Shown: positions 45,293 through 54,488, counted from the stretch's first letter. The stretch: DNA of 64,000 bases from an uncultured virus (IMG/VR IMGVR_UViG_3300022555_000054) (IMGVR_UViG_3300022555_000054), one strand, 5' to 3'. Made by a program: numbers and translations. The notes: generated by a model from the sequence alone, not told the origin.

Positions 45293-45629
45293 CCTCCTGT
45301 GCGATTAACGCCGCGAACAGGGCGCGCAAGATGGCGAGCGGGGCGGTGGGGGCCTTAGCTTCTTCCATATGTTTTCCTACTTCCAGGTGTAGGAAGAACT
45401 GATAGCGATTTGCTGCAATCGGGTCGTACTCCATATCCCACATAGATACCGGCAGCACTCGCTCCACCAGCCCCAGCGCGGCGTCTATACTGGCGGTATA
45501 CGGCGGCGTACCTTGGCTCACATCTACGCTGTTGAGTGCCAGCCTGATGGCTGTGTCAATTTTCCACCCCAGCCCGCTCGCCTCTTCCAGTCGCCGGGCG
45601 ATGTCGCGGAGTTGTTCGAGTTTGGTCAT
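45279..45629 (-). CDS. Hypothetical phage protein
   Basis: PPYTASIDAAL.LVERVLP...APTAPLAI..A motif; GGAG RBS. Confidence 0.7.
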   Translation of the reverse strand: MTKLEQLRDIARRLEEASGLGWKIDTAIRLALNSVDVSQGTPPYTASIDAALGLVERVLPVSMWDMEYDPIAANRYQFFLHLEVGKHMEEAKAPTAPLAILRALFAALIAQEDANV

Positions 45630-45982
45630 ACGGGCTCACTCCATTCAGGAAGCTGAACAGTAGCGATATGCCGACTATCCAGGGATCGTTTTTGGGTATC
45701 GTAGATTATTGCCGACGTGACAAACTCGTTACCTATCCCATAGACCTCAGCCACCCCCACCACTTGACTGGTGGGTTGATGAGGTCTAAGCAATGCCCTG
45801 AGTATCCAGAAATGCTTTTACCGTCAGCGCACCAGGTTCTAACAGCATTCTCAATGCTCGGCGTGGCGATGGTGGATTATGGTGAACTGCGGCGGGTGCT
45901 GCGGGCTTGCCGAGGGGATTCCCCGTCCTAAATGTGTGCAAAATTTGCACGTAGTCACTAGCTACCATCCAAAATAGTCACC

Positions 45983-46017
45983 ACCCCGCTGGCTTCGGCT
46001 GGCGGGGTTCTTTTTTG
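45983..46017 (+). terminator. Intrinsic terminator (plus strand)
   Basis: ACCCCGCTGGC-TTCG-GCTGGCGGGGT-TCTTTTTT. Confidence 0.7.
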
Positions 46018-46135
46018 CGTTTAGGTGGGTGGGGTTAGGGTCTGCATGCTTCGGCTCCTGTAAAAAAGCGGCGTGGTGATCAATTCCGGCGTTTCAGCAG
46101 CGGCGGCGCGCCACCCTGTCAGGGGCTGGGGCCGG

Positions 46136-46390
46136 TCATATCGGGAGATCAGGCGGAAGGTGGCGGCCCGAGGGCGATATGGCAGAAACGCAATCAAGCA
46201 GGTAGCATCCCGTCACTCCATCCAGCCAAATCACCGCCGAGTGACCAGACAAAATCCCCGCCTTGGTCCGTGTTGTTGTTTCGATCACCGCACCATCGTC
46301 CTTGCGAAGCCGCACCCGTTGACCGACCTGATAACGTGAGTTCCATCGCTCAACTGCGTCGGAAAGTTTCTTGGCGGATGGCGGTTTCAT
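46136..46390 (-). CDS. Hypothetical phage protein
   Basis: WNSRYQVG..V...T.TRT.A.ILSGHSAVIWLDGV.GC..L; AGGAG RBS. Confidence 0.7.
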   Translation of the reverse strand: MKPPSAKKLSDAVERWNSRYQVGQRVRLRKDDGAVIETTTRTKAGILSGHSAVIWLDGVTGCYLLDCVSAISPSGRHLPPDLPI

Positions 46391-46452
46391 AATCGACTCC
46401 TGTACAGACTGGCGGGGGGTGACTGGAGAAAACAGTAAAACTGGATGTGCGC

Positions 46453-46719
46453 TCATGGTTTCGGAGCAAAATCGATCAGAACCGCCCATGTGTCGGTTGA
46501 AATCGCACCCGCACGAAGCATCGTCTCCGTCGGGGTCCTGGGCAAAATAGCGTGCTCCTGTTCAATTGCCCGGATGACCTCGGACGCGACGCCGATTTGG
46601 TCCTGCCACTTGAACGCATTCCGTGGGGGTTCGCCACGCTGCCGAATCACGCCGGGATCGTCCGGATTCTCGCCACGGCGCGCGGTGATAACTCTGGCGA
46701 TTTTTTCTATCAGGTTCAC
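46453..46719 (-). CDS. Hypothetical protein
   Basis: IEKIARVI...PTETM..AG motif. Confidence 0.55.
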   Translation of the reverse strand: MNLIEKIARVITARRGENPDDPGVIRQRGEPPRNAFKWQDQIGVASEVIRAIEQEHAILPRTPTETMLRAGAISTDTWAVLIDFAPKP

Positions 46720-46865
46720 GACTTCACCTTTTGGGGGCGTTGTTGGATGGTCAGGCGGCAACCGCAGCCTCGTTTTGCGACCCCCCGACATGCTCCGAAA
46801 TTCACGATGGACAAAATATCGCATATCAGCTATCGTGTCAATCGCATATTCGATATGGGTTGGGC

Positions 46866-47057
46866 ATGGGCCGGAAAAAAGAGTTCACCGAGCGGATGAT
46901 CGCGGCGTTTCCGGCGGGAACGCTGGTACGGATTGATGCCGCGCTCGTGCCCGGAGAAAAGCGAACCGATCTTATTCGGGGGGCTGTATCGAAGGAAGTG
47001 GCGAAGCGTGGGCGTCTCCGCAAACACCCTGACCGAAGGAATGACGGTGATGAGTGA
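46866..47057 (+). CDS. Ribbon-helix-helix DNA-binding protein
   Basis: MGRKKEFTERM...F..GT..RIDAAL..GEKRTDLIR.AV..E. Confidence 0.7.
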   Translation: MGRKKEFTERMIAAFPAGTLVRIDAALVPGEKRTDLIRGAVSKEVAKRGRLRKHPDRRNDGDE

Positions 47058-47331
47058 CGAAACGCGCGAAGGGGTATCGGTGACGAAAAAAATCGCATGG
47101 GATCGTAATTGGAGCCGGGAGATGCGCCGCGTCCGACTGTGTGGTAGGATGGCGCACCATGGGCCGTGGGCGTGGCAGCGCAAGCCGAGGGTCTTCACGC
47201 GGGTTCGATATCTGGTAGGCATCATGACCTATGAGGCGGAAATCCGCTGTTGGCTGACTCAGCGCCCGCATGGCTCACTTACGTCGATCTACGGAGAGAA
47301 GCCCCTGCCTAGGGCGTGGCGGAAGCGGTGA
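47050..47331 (+). CDS. Basic hypothetical protein
   Basis: Overlaps the RHH gene stop. Confidence 0.45.
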   Translation: MSDETREGVSVTKKIAWDRNWSREMRRVRLCGRMAHHGPWAWQRKPRVFTRVRYLVGIMTYEAEIRCWLTQRPHGSLTSIYGEKPLPRAWRKR

Positions 47332-47395
47332 CGGCCGTGATGTGCGCGGACGGAGTTTACGCGGGCGGACCGGGTGGCGGGGCGCGGTTAGCCAG

Positions 47396-47602
47396 CATCC
47401 GGTTTACATCCGGCCTTCCCCGCGACGATACCGAGTCATTTCTCCGTAAAACATGCCCAAACCAAGAATAAACGCAGAACATCAGCGCAACATCATATAA
47501 TACCCAACCTTGCCAAGGTTGGGGTCGAGGGTTCGAATCCCTTCGCCCGCTCCAATACTTAGCCGGTATTGGGGCGACCGCACATCCGGTTTTACATCCG
47601 GC
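47396..47602. repeat. Integrase arm-type repeats flanking the att core
   Basis: CATCCGGTTTACATCCGGC (47396-47414) and CATCCGGTTTTACATCCGGC (47583-47602). Confidence 0.7.
47505..47554 (+). other. attP core = 3' half of tRNA-Gly(GCC)
   Basis: CAACCTTGCCAAGGTTGGGGTCGAGGGTTCGAATCCCTTCGCCCGCTCCA (anticodon arm, T arm, 3' acceptor strand, CCA); 5' half absent; near the integrase. Confidence 0.92.
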
Positions 47603-47922
47603 TAACGAAACTCAGGAGGGGCGGTAATCGGCATCCAAAAAACAGGTTCGAATGTCAGGCCGGCGTTCTCCATGTCCCATTCCTCTTGATCCGTTATCTG
47701 AGTCAATGTGCTAAATGCTGGATATGTCCAGAGACCTTTGACAAAGCCTCCTGCCCAGACAAAATAGTCACCATCGCCCCAGAGATTGCTTATAAGTAAT
47801 ATCAGAGAGCCATCAAGAGTGGCTGTTGATATTGGCATCCATCTGCAATTGCACGCACTGATCTTATCTTCAATTTTATACCGAGCTGCCATAGCGGCTA
47901 AATTACGGTAGTGATCCGTCAT
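47602..47922 (-). CDS. DUF551-like phage protein
   Basis: WMPISTA..DG..IL...P.FWMP...PP. Confidence 0.6.
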   Translation of the reverse strand: MTDHYRNLAAMAARYKIEDKISACNCRWMPISTATLDGSLILLISNLWGDGDYFVWAGGFVKGLWTYPAFSTLTQITDQEEWDMENAGLTFEPVFWMPITAPPEFR

Positions 47923-49058
47923 CTCCCCCTCCTGCTCTGCGCAATATCCTGCATATGCTCCGGCGCGTGGTGGCCGTAGCGGTCATTGACCATCTTCTCC
48001 GACATCCCGACGAACCCGCCGACTTTCCAGGCCGGATGCCCGTCTTGCATCAGCCACGAGACCGCCGTGTGCCGGAGCGTGTGTGGTGTCACATCGTCCA
48101 AGCCAGCATCAGCGCACGCCGACTCGAACGACTTCCGAATGTTCTTGATCGGCTGGCCTTCAGCCTCGATGACGAACTGACGAGTCCGCGCTCTGATTCT
48201 CCGCAGCCGCGCCAAGAGTCGATTCGGGATCGGGGACGTTGCTCGACGTTTTTTCGTCTGGGCTCTCCCTACTGGCATAAAGTCGATGACGCCGCGCTCC
48301 AGGTCGATCCAGCCGCCGGCCGTGTTGGGCTGCCATTGGAGCGACAGAATTGCTTCCTTGCGGGCGCCCATGTAGATGCCGATCAGGATGAAGTCGGTGA
48401 GGTATAGCCCCGCCTCTTTGCGCTTCCAAGCGGCGCGCAGTAGCTTTGCGGCGGCGGATCGGTCCAGCCACACCTCTTTCCCTTTCGGGGCATCAGGAAG
48501 CACGACAACCGGCGCCTCGCCGAGCAAATAGCCCTCGGTGCGGCACCACTCGACGGCGCTGCGCAGAACCCCAAGTTCCCGGCGAACGGTTCCGGCCGCC
48601 TTCTTGCCGCCCGTGCGAATCGTCTTGTCCTTGCGGACGCGATCAACGCATTTTGCCTCTCTGGCGTAACGTCGGCATGTCGCGGCGGTGATCTTGTCGA
48701 CCGTCAGCTCTCCCCACCATTCGGCCAGGGCTTGGCAGTTGTTCGCCAGCGTCTCCCGGCCGGAAACCCCCGGGCCGTGGTGCTCGGCGTAGAGTGACAG
48801 CGCATCAACGATCAGGAAAACATTGGGATCACGCGGGCTGTTCCGTTCGTGCTCTGCGTCTCTGGTTTGGGTGAATTCCCCGAGCGCCCCTTCAGCTTCT
48901 CGAAGGTCGCCAGTGCCCGTCGAACGCTCACGCTGCCGGCCGCCTTCCTGGTAGAGGATGTACCAGACGTAGCGGGTGAACCCGCGTCTTGGCTTGGCTC
49001 CGCGCATGGAGTCTGGCCCGTAGAGCTGGAGGTGGACGCCCTTGCTCTGGCGCGGCAT
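47919..49058 (-). CDS. int: Tyrosine recombinase (integrase)
   Basis: GARKEAIL (R), TPHTLRHT (HxxR), RYGH (catalytic Y). Confidence 0.95.
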   Translation of the reverse strand: MPRQSKGVHLQLYGPDSMRGAKPRRGFTRYVWYILYQEGGRQRERSTGTGDLREAEGALGEFTQTRDAEHERNSPRDPNVFLIVDALSLYAEHHGPGVSGRETLANNCQALAEWWGELTVDKITAATCRRYAREAKCVDRVRKDKTIRTGGKKAAGTVRRELGVLRSAVEWCRTEGYLLGEAPVVVLPDAPKGKEVWLDRSAAAKLLRAAWKRKEAGLYLTDFILIGIYMGARKEAILSLQWQPNTAGGWIDLERGVIDFMPVGRAQTKKRRATSPIPNRLLARLRRIRARTRQFVIEAEGQPIKNIRKSFESACADAGLDDVTPHTLRHTAVSWLMQDGHPAWKVGGFVGMSEKMVNDRYGHHAPEHMQDIAQSRRGR

Positions 49059-49237
49059 GGCTTGTCTCCCTGCTTCATGTAGTCGTCCAGGTCGGTCTTG
49101 GCGATCAGGAGCGTTTTGCCGAACCGTCGCGCCCGGAGACGGCCGGCGTCAATGGCGGCTTTCACAGTTGCGGTCTTCACGGCCCCGTTCGGGTGGATAT
49201 AGGCCGCCGCCTCCGATATGGTCATCAGATCGTGCAT
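48812..49237 (-). CDS. xis: Excisionase (HTH_17-like); C-terminal tail overlaps int
   Basis: LMTISEAAAY...TV..AI..GRLRARRFG...LI...DLDDY; GGAGG RBS. Confidence 0.8.
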   Translation of the reverse strand: MHDLMTISEAAAYIHPNGAVKTATVKAAIDAGRLRARRFGKTLLIAKTDLDDYMKQGDKPCRARARASTSSSTGQTPCAEPSQDAGSPATSGTSSTRKAAGSVSVRRALATFEKLKGRSGNSPKPETQSTNGTARVIPMFS

Positions 49238-49283
49238 TGCGCCATCCGCCTCCTCAGCACCTCGTTTTCCGCCGCAATGTCCA

Positions 49284-49775
49284 TCACGCAAACACCCCCT
49301 CAGCTTCCAACCGCGCCAGAACCTTCCGCGCCGACTTCGCCGCGCTCCTATCCAGCGCCTCCAGAGCTTCGGCGTTGTCCGGCTTACTGCGGATTGTCTC
49401 GTCGAGCATCTCGTACCCCCGGTCGAAGTCGCTGCCCGAGATCAGCCGCAGCCGGTCGCTTTCCAGCAGTTCGGCCATCAGATATTGTGCATGACGGTAC
49501 GCCGGCAGGATTCCGCGCTTGTCGGCCATGACTGCATTCGCCAACCGATCTGCCCGGCGCAGCAGCTTCCTGGCCTTGCGGTCGATCTGCCCGCCGTCGA
49601 GGATGGCCTCGGCCGCAGCCTTGCCCAGCAGATGGATCGCGGGCCACAGATCGGGGTGGTCATCCGGCTTGGCATACATTCCGGTCTCGACACAGTGGTC
49701 GAGGATTTGGCCGGCGATCCGCACGAACACCAGCGGGATCACTGCAAGCTCAACGCGGCGGCGGTCGGAGATCAT
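49284..49775 (-). CDS. Hypothetical protein
   Basis: GGAG RBS; ATGA coupling. Confidence 0.6.
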   Translation of the reverse strand: MISDRRRVELAVIPLVFVRIAGQILDHCVETGMYAKPDDHPDLWPAIHLLGKAAAEAILDGGQIDRKARKLLRRADRLANAVMADKRGILPAYRHAQYLMAELLESDRLRLISGSDFDRGYEMLDETIRSKPDNAEALEALDRSAAKSARKVLARLEAEGVFA

Positions 49776-49972
49776 GGCTGCGGCTCCACCGGCTTCGGAT
49801 ACCAAAACCGCCCGCTCAGGCCGCAGACATCGCTCCAGGGGAGGGCGAGGACGCGCTGATATCGAACCCAATTGTCGAACGGAAGCCCGATGTACCTGCG
49901 AGTTGCCTTCCAGGGGCCGGAAGCTGCCGCATCACACAGCGCCCGCAGTTCAGCGATTTTCTCTGGCGTCAT
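49772..49972 (-). CDS. Ead/Ea22-like small protein
   Basis: MTPEKIAELRALCDAA.SGPW. Confidence 0.55.
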   Translation of the reverse strand: MTPEKIAELRALCDAAASGPWKATRRYIGLPFDNWVRYQRVLALPWSDVCGLSGRFWYPKPVEPQP

Positions 49973-50194
49973 CCCTCACTCCCCCACCAAATAACAACCC
50001 CGGCTGCGATGATCAGGGCGGCGATGATTTCGGTTTCCATCAGCAGTTCGCCTCCCGTGGCACCCAGACATCGCGGCGCGCTTCTGCCCCCGAACGGGCG
50101 AAGACCACACACCATCCATCTCCCCCGTCATGGGCGATGTAAGCGAGATTGGGTCGTTTCTTAGGTGGATCGGGTTTCGCGCGCGCCATCTCGC

Positions 50195-51046
50195 TCACTC
50201 CTGCCCGGCGGCGGTGTCGGGGCCGGGCCAGCCGTCTCCGGCGCCTACCTCACCGGTATCGGCGTCGTAATCGGCATCGACCGGCTGGTGTTCGATCTGG
50301 GCGCCGGCAGACGCAGCAAGGAACGGGTCGGATGACGGGGCGATCTGCTGGGCCGGCGGGTGATCCAGCGAGATCGCGTGCATGGCGTCGTCGCGCTCCA
50401 GCACCCGCTCAACCTCGGTGGACATGGGAAGCCGCTTCGCCAGCGCCTTAATCACGGTCTTGCACGCCCCCTCTTCGTACCATCCCGTCCACATCGGGGA
50501 GTTGGCCGAGCCGGCCTTGCGGCGCTTCTCGATGTCGGCCTTGAGCATCACGCGGCGCTCGATACCGCCGCCGGCCAGCTTCGCGATGGCGTAGGCGGCG
50601 ATGACGGGGCCGCGATCTTCCTTCATGCTCGGCTCATGATGGATGCTTTCCTCATCGCCGAGGATGTAGCGGAACTCGTCCTCCCTGTAGACGGGGTGAG
50701 CGGTCAGGCTGAGGATTTCCCCGCTGTTCCGCATCTTCTTGATGATGCCGTAGACCATCGGCATCCACTGCGCCTTGCCCTTGAATAGGACGATGGCGCC
50801 CTCGCGGCCATCGGGGAGCAACCCGTCCTGGGCTGCCATCATGCAGGCGCCGAGCAGGGCCTTCGGGTCCGACTTCAGGAGTTCCGGAGACCGCGTGACT
50901 GCGGTCTGGGCCACGCGGCGGAACCGCTCAACGGGGATGTGGGCCGGTAGGGCAGACTGGAACTCGGGCGTCATGCGCTCCAAGTCCTGACGGAATTGCT
51001 GGATCGGCGCGAGCTGGCGGCCTTGCGGCTGGTGCTGTTCGGACAT
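50195..51046 (-). CDS. recT: RecT-family single-strand annealing protein
   Basis: ALPAHIPVERF.RV, AAQDGLLPDGRE, V.R.DEF.Y..G, W..WYEE...KTV.K.L.KRLP.S. Confidence 0.92.
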   Translation of the reverse strand: MSEQHQPQGRQLAPIQQFRQDLERMTPEFQSALPAHIPVERFRRVAQTAVTRSPELLKSDPKALLGACMMAAQDGLLPDGREGAIVLFKGKAQWMPMVYGIIKKMRNSGEILSLTAHPVYREDEFRYILGDEESIHHEPSMKEDRGPVIAAYAIAKLAGGGIERRVMLKADIEKRRKAGSANSPMWTGWYEEGACKTVIKALAKRLPMSTEVERVLERDDAMHAISLDHPPAQQIAPSSDPFLAASAGAQIEHQPVDADYDADTGEVGAGDGWPGPDTAAGQE

Positions 51047-51049
51047 TGG

Positions 51050-52039
51050 TTAAACCTCCTGGTCGAGCGGCGCGAACCCACGGAAAGCCGTGGCAAAGCG
51101 CGGGTCAAAGAAACTCGCCCCATTGGCCTCGCGGGCGTCGATCTGCCGGCGATACCAGTCGGGCATTGCGATGTTGTGGGCGCCGCCGGACGCGCTCTGG
51201 TAGCCGGGCCACTTGCCGGAGTTCAGGCACTCGGCGAACTTCTGGCGGGCAGCCTCGCCGGCCTTCCGGCCCTCGTTGATCCACTCCGGCTCAAGCCAGT
51301 GGACCGAGCAGAGGTAGGGCGCGGTCTTCTCCTGGAAGACGAAGGCGAAGCGGTCGAGACGCGGGCCGCCGGTCTGGGCAACGCTCTCCAGATACCAAGC
51401 GGCCTGGATGTGGTAGCCGTAGTTGACGATGGCCTTCGCCACGTCGTCGGGCTTGGCGCTGACGGTGGTCTTGTAGTCCGACACCCACATGCCGGAGATC
51501 GCCGAGCCGTCGAGCCGAGCTTTGCACCACACCTTCGTCTCGGGATCGATCCACACCCGCGTTTGCTCGGAGACGACATAGGCCGGGTCGAATGCAGCGC
51601 GGGCCACCGGGTCGAGTTCCAGGGCCTCACGCATGGCAAGGATCATCTCGTGCTCGTCAGGAAGCAGCGGCACCAAGCCGGCGTCATAGGCGGCGTCGCG
51701 CTGATCCTTGGCGTCCTGGCTGGTGTAGCCGGCACTCAGCTTGCCGTCCTTGGTCTTACCGCGAACGATGGCGACCGAGTGATCGAACAGCTTGGGCTCG
51801 AGGACGAGAAGGTGCGCGGCTTGGCCGATGTCGAAGGTCCGCTTGTGGACCGCCGGGCGCGGCTTGACGTAATCGAAATAGAATTTTGCGGGGCACCCGG
51901 TCAGAAGCGCGCGGGCGCCGGAGGACGATAGGGCCGGCTGCGGCGTAAGGCCGGCGGTGTGGTAGACGGCGGATTCGATGTCGTCGAAAATTCCCGGCTC
52001 GGTGATAAGCGGATGGTGCGGGGTGATGGTGTCTGGCAT
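51050..52039 (-). CDS. RecE/Exo VIII-like PD-(D/E)XK exonuclease
   Basis: LSSSGAR.LL..CPAKF, G.AAH.LVLEP, CKARLD, DYKTT, YGYHIQAAWY, F.FVFQEKTAPY, WPGY. Confidence 0.9.
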   Translation of the reverse strand: MPDTITPHHPLITEPGIFDDIESAVYHTAGLTPQPALSSSGARALLTGCPAKFYFDYVKPRPAVHKRTFDIGQAAHLLVLEPKLFDHSVAIVRGKTKDGKLSAGYTSQDAKDQRDAAYDAGLVPLLPDEHEMILAMREALELDPVARAAFDPAYVVSEQTRVWIDPETKVWCKARLDGSAISGMWVSDYKTTVSAKPDDVAKAIVNYGYHIQAAWYLESVAQTGGPRLDRFAFVFQEKTAPYLCSVHWLEPEWINEGRKAGEAARQKFAECLNSGKWPGYQSASGGAHNIAMPDWYRRQIDAREANGASFFDPRFATAFRGFAPLDQEV

Positions 52040-52058
52040 GGCGTGATCCTCAGTTTCC

Positions 52059-52619
52059 TCAGTAAGTAATGGAAACGCCAGCCACCTGCCCCTTGGCGAT
52101 AGCGGTGATCACCATCCGGGCGGTCGCATCGTCGATGCTGGTGACCGACACCAGGGCGGCCACGGCAGCGCGGTTGACGGCCTTGCGGTTCTCAACATCC
52201 TTCTCCCTCCGCGCCCGCTCATCCGCCTCGGCCTTCTGCTGCGCCGCGATCCTGGCGCGCTCCCGTTCGGCGGCTTCCTGCTCCCGGCGCTGGGCTGCGG
52301 CTTCGGCGGCGATGCGGTCCTGTTCTGCCTTTTCGGCAGCCTCCACCCGGTCCCGCTCGGCATCAACAAGCTTTGCCGACGTTTTCCAGCCTTCGACCAG
52401 CTTCTTACCCATGTCGTCGAGGAAGGTTTTTGACCGCGCGACCTTGTAGGCCAGCGAAGCGCAGCGCTTGCGGCCGGTGGGCGTCGAGATGTCGATGTCC
52501 TCTGCCGTCACCTCGGCCCGGATGCGGGCAATGATCGGGTCAACGCCTCCGGGGGTGAAAACCTGGGCCGGGACGAGGGTTTCAAGAACGACGGGTGTGT
52601 TGGTGATCGCGGTGTCCAT
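52059..52619 (-). CDS. Conserved phage coiled-coil protein
   Basis: D.ST..GRK..ASLAYKVARSKT.LD..GK.LV...I.AIAKG.V..VSITY. Confidence 0.7.
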   Translation of the reverse strand: MDTAITNTPVVLETLVPAQVFTPGGVDPIIARIRAEVTAEDIDISTPTGRKRCASLAYKVARSKTFLDDMGKKLVEGWKTSAKLVDAERDRVEAAEKAEQDRIAAEAAAQRREQEAAERERARIAAQQKAEADERARREKDVENRKAVNRAAVAALVSVTSIDDATARMVITAIAKGQVAGVSITY

Positions 52620-52621
52620 GG

Positions 52622-53179
52622 CTATTCACCCCTCATCAAAGTAACAGGCTCGGCGAGATGGTCGTCGTAGGGACTCCTGAGCGACATCACCGCCCCTTGA
52701 CCGCCGCTGAACGTAAACAGAAGTGCATTGTTCGAGATCGGCCCGTCTTGTATTTTTAATTCATCAAGCTGGCTCATCATCCGGACGTATTCCAGGTTAA
52801 ACGGAACCCCGTTTATGTTTATTGACCTCTCAACTATGAGATCAATCTTACCAGTCCCTTCGCAACATTCGCATTCGCAGTCACAACTCGGACAATCATG
52901 CTCCGTCCCACGACCCTCGCACTCCGGGCATTCCTCCGATTTCTTTGCAGGAGAGCCAGGAAGCGCGGGGAACGCCGCCGGATAGAGCTGGACAGATGAA
53001 TGCCCTTCAAAAATATTCAGGAGCATGCTGATGTCGCCAGGGCATTCGCGGGTTACTGACGGAATCCTTGGGATGCGGACGGCGATATGGCCGTTCGCGG
53101 CGTATGTCCATTCTCCCGCTGAGAACGGATGATCAGTGTTGACAGATGTCCAGCAGAAATCATCAAGAGAAAACTTCAT
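52622..53179 (-). CDS. Protein with DnaJ-type CxxCxGxG Zn finger
   Basis: CPECEGRG...CECCEGTG; YAANGHIAVR. Confidence 0.7.
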   Translation of the reverse strand: MKFSLDDFCWTSVNTDHPFSAGEWTYAANGHIAVRIPRIPSVTRECPGDISMLLNIFEGHSSVQLYPAAFPALPGSPAKKSEECPECEGRGTEHDCPSCDCECECCEGTGKIDLIVERSININGVPFNLEYVRMMSQLDELKIQDGPISNNALLFTFSGGQGAVMSLRSPYDDHLAEPVTLMRGE

Positions 53180-53181
53180 CT

Positions 53182-53358
53182 TCACTTCCCTCCCTGCGCC
53201 AAAGCCACCCACTCGCCACAGCTGTTCTTGACGTGCATCAGCCCAGCATCGGCGACATCGCGCAGGCTCTTGAACCCGAGAAGGACGACGGTGCCGCCCG
53301 TGAGGTAAAGCTGGCCGTCGTTCCGGCCGCGTAGGGGCTTGAGGGTGAGGGTTTGCAT
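53182..53358 (-). CDS. Small hypothetical protein
   Basis: GGAG RBS before MQTLTLKP... Confidence 0.55.
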   Translation of the reverse strand: MQTLTLKPLRGRNDGQLYLTGGTVVLLGFKSLRDVADAGLMHVKNSCGEWVALAQGGK

Positions 53359-53374
53359 CGTGTGTCTCCGGGAA

Positions 53375-53730
53375 AGGGGCCGGGGCTTTTGACGGCCCCG
53401 GCAGTTAGGGAGGAATCCTGCCGCCATGTCTCGAAACGACCTGCGGACAGCCGGCGGAATGGCTCTCCGAAGGTGCCGGGCTCTCACCGGCTGCGATATC
53501 ACGCGTGCCTCATCGCGGCCCCATTAACGCAGAGCTGCGGGTGGGTGATCCGGGCTCACACCACCAAGGCACCATCGTCGGCCTCTCGGCCGATTCTTGG
53601 CCCTGGCGCCTCGCGGGGCCGATTGATCTGCGTGGTCACCGTTCCACAAGTTCGCGCGCAGTCAATCGGGTCATCCGGGCTCTCCAGGGCCACCCCCACC
53701 GCTAACTTCGGACGGGAGGCGGCGGGGGAA
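53375..53730 (-). ncRNA. Candidate ~350-nt structured RNA in the early-left transcript
   Basis: Nested stems GGCCCTGG/CCAGGGCC, CCGATTGA/TCAATCGG, TCGGCC-GAGA-GGCCGA, GGTGCC/GGCACC, GCCGG-TGAGAGC-CCGGC; GAGCCCGG occurs three times. Confidence 0.45.
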
Positions 53731-53735
53731 CTTGT

Positions 53736-54287
53736 TCAGGCGGCCTCAGCCACCGACTCTGCGGCACCCTCCGGCGTCCACAACTCGGCGTGCAGCTCGG
53801 CCATATCGCAGGCCAGCCCATATTCGCGGCCGTGAACGCCGGAACCATGCTCGGCGGCGACGGCGGCGCGGAACTCTTCGAGCGAGCCGAAAAAGCAGCC
53901 AGCGCGGACCTTGATTCCGGCGTCGGTGAGGAAAAACAGGACGCTGTCGGAGCGCGACCCGATGGGGCTAATGGCGACGATGGGGCGTCGGCCGACAAGC
54001 TTTATCCCGCCGGCCAGATCGGCGCCGGCCAGATCGGCGCCGGCCAGATCGGCGCCGGTCAAATTGGCGCCGGTCAAATAGGCGCCGGCCAGATAGGCGC
54101 CGGTCAAATTGGCGCCGGTCAAATAGGCGCCGGCCAGATAGGCGCCGGTCAAATTGGCGCCGGTCTTGGTGGCAAGCTTAACAGCCGCCCCAAGCCTCAC
54201 GTCAAACGCTTCCGTTTCGAACTCCACCCCCAATTCACATTCAAACTGGGCGGCGCCAGACCAGCGGTTTTTGATCTCGAATTTCAT
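53736..54287 (-). CDS. Pentapeptide-repeat protein
   Basis: Ten A(N/Y/D)L(T/A)G units encoded by 15-bp repeats (about 54010-54163); [10 protein letters not shown] terminus; VRAGCF.GSLEEF C-terminal domain. Confidence 0.9.
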   Translation of the reverse strand: MKFEIKNRWSGAAQFECELGVEFETEAFDVRLGAAVKLATKTGANLTGAYLAGAYLTGANLTGAYLAGAYLTGANLTGADLAGADLAGADLAGGIKLVGRRPIVAISPIGSRSDSVLFFLTDAGIKVRAGCFFGSLEEFRAAVAAEHGSGVHGREYGLACDMAELHAELWTPEGAAESVAEAA

Positions 54288-54320
54288 CGTGGAATCCCCT
54301 ATTGCGCCGGAGCGCGGTTG

Positions 54321-54488
54321 TCAGGCGGCGCGTCGAGTCTCCCGAAGCGCATTCCTGGCGACATCAAGGGCCTCGCGGATGTGCCCTGCGATTAGCTTGT
54401 TGTCGGTCGGCAGGAGCTGCGAGACGGTGGCGCCGAGGGTGTCGGAGATGTCTTGGAGAGCAGCGCGCATGATCTGGTCAGGGGTCAT
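54321..54488 (-). CDS. Small hypothetical protein
   Basis: GGAGG RBS; coupled to the upstream stop. Confidence 0.55.
   Translation of the reverse strand: MTPDQIMRAALQDISDTLGATVSQLLPTDNKLIAGHIREALDVARNALRETRRAA

Noticed and set aside
45976..46010. IS200/IS605 (HEARO-like) end
   Set aside because: Only a superficial GTCA..ACCCCG hairpin resemblance; no tnpA, tnpB or iscB; better explained as a terminator.
47466..47480. GAAT-N7-GAAC as a LexA box near attP
   Set aside because: One mismatch and no clear associated promoter or gene.
47505..47554. Functional tRNA-Gly gene
   Set aside because: The 5' acceptor strand and D arm are missing; it is the att core.
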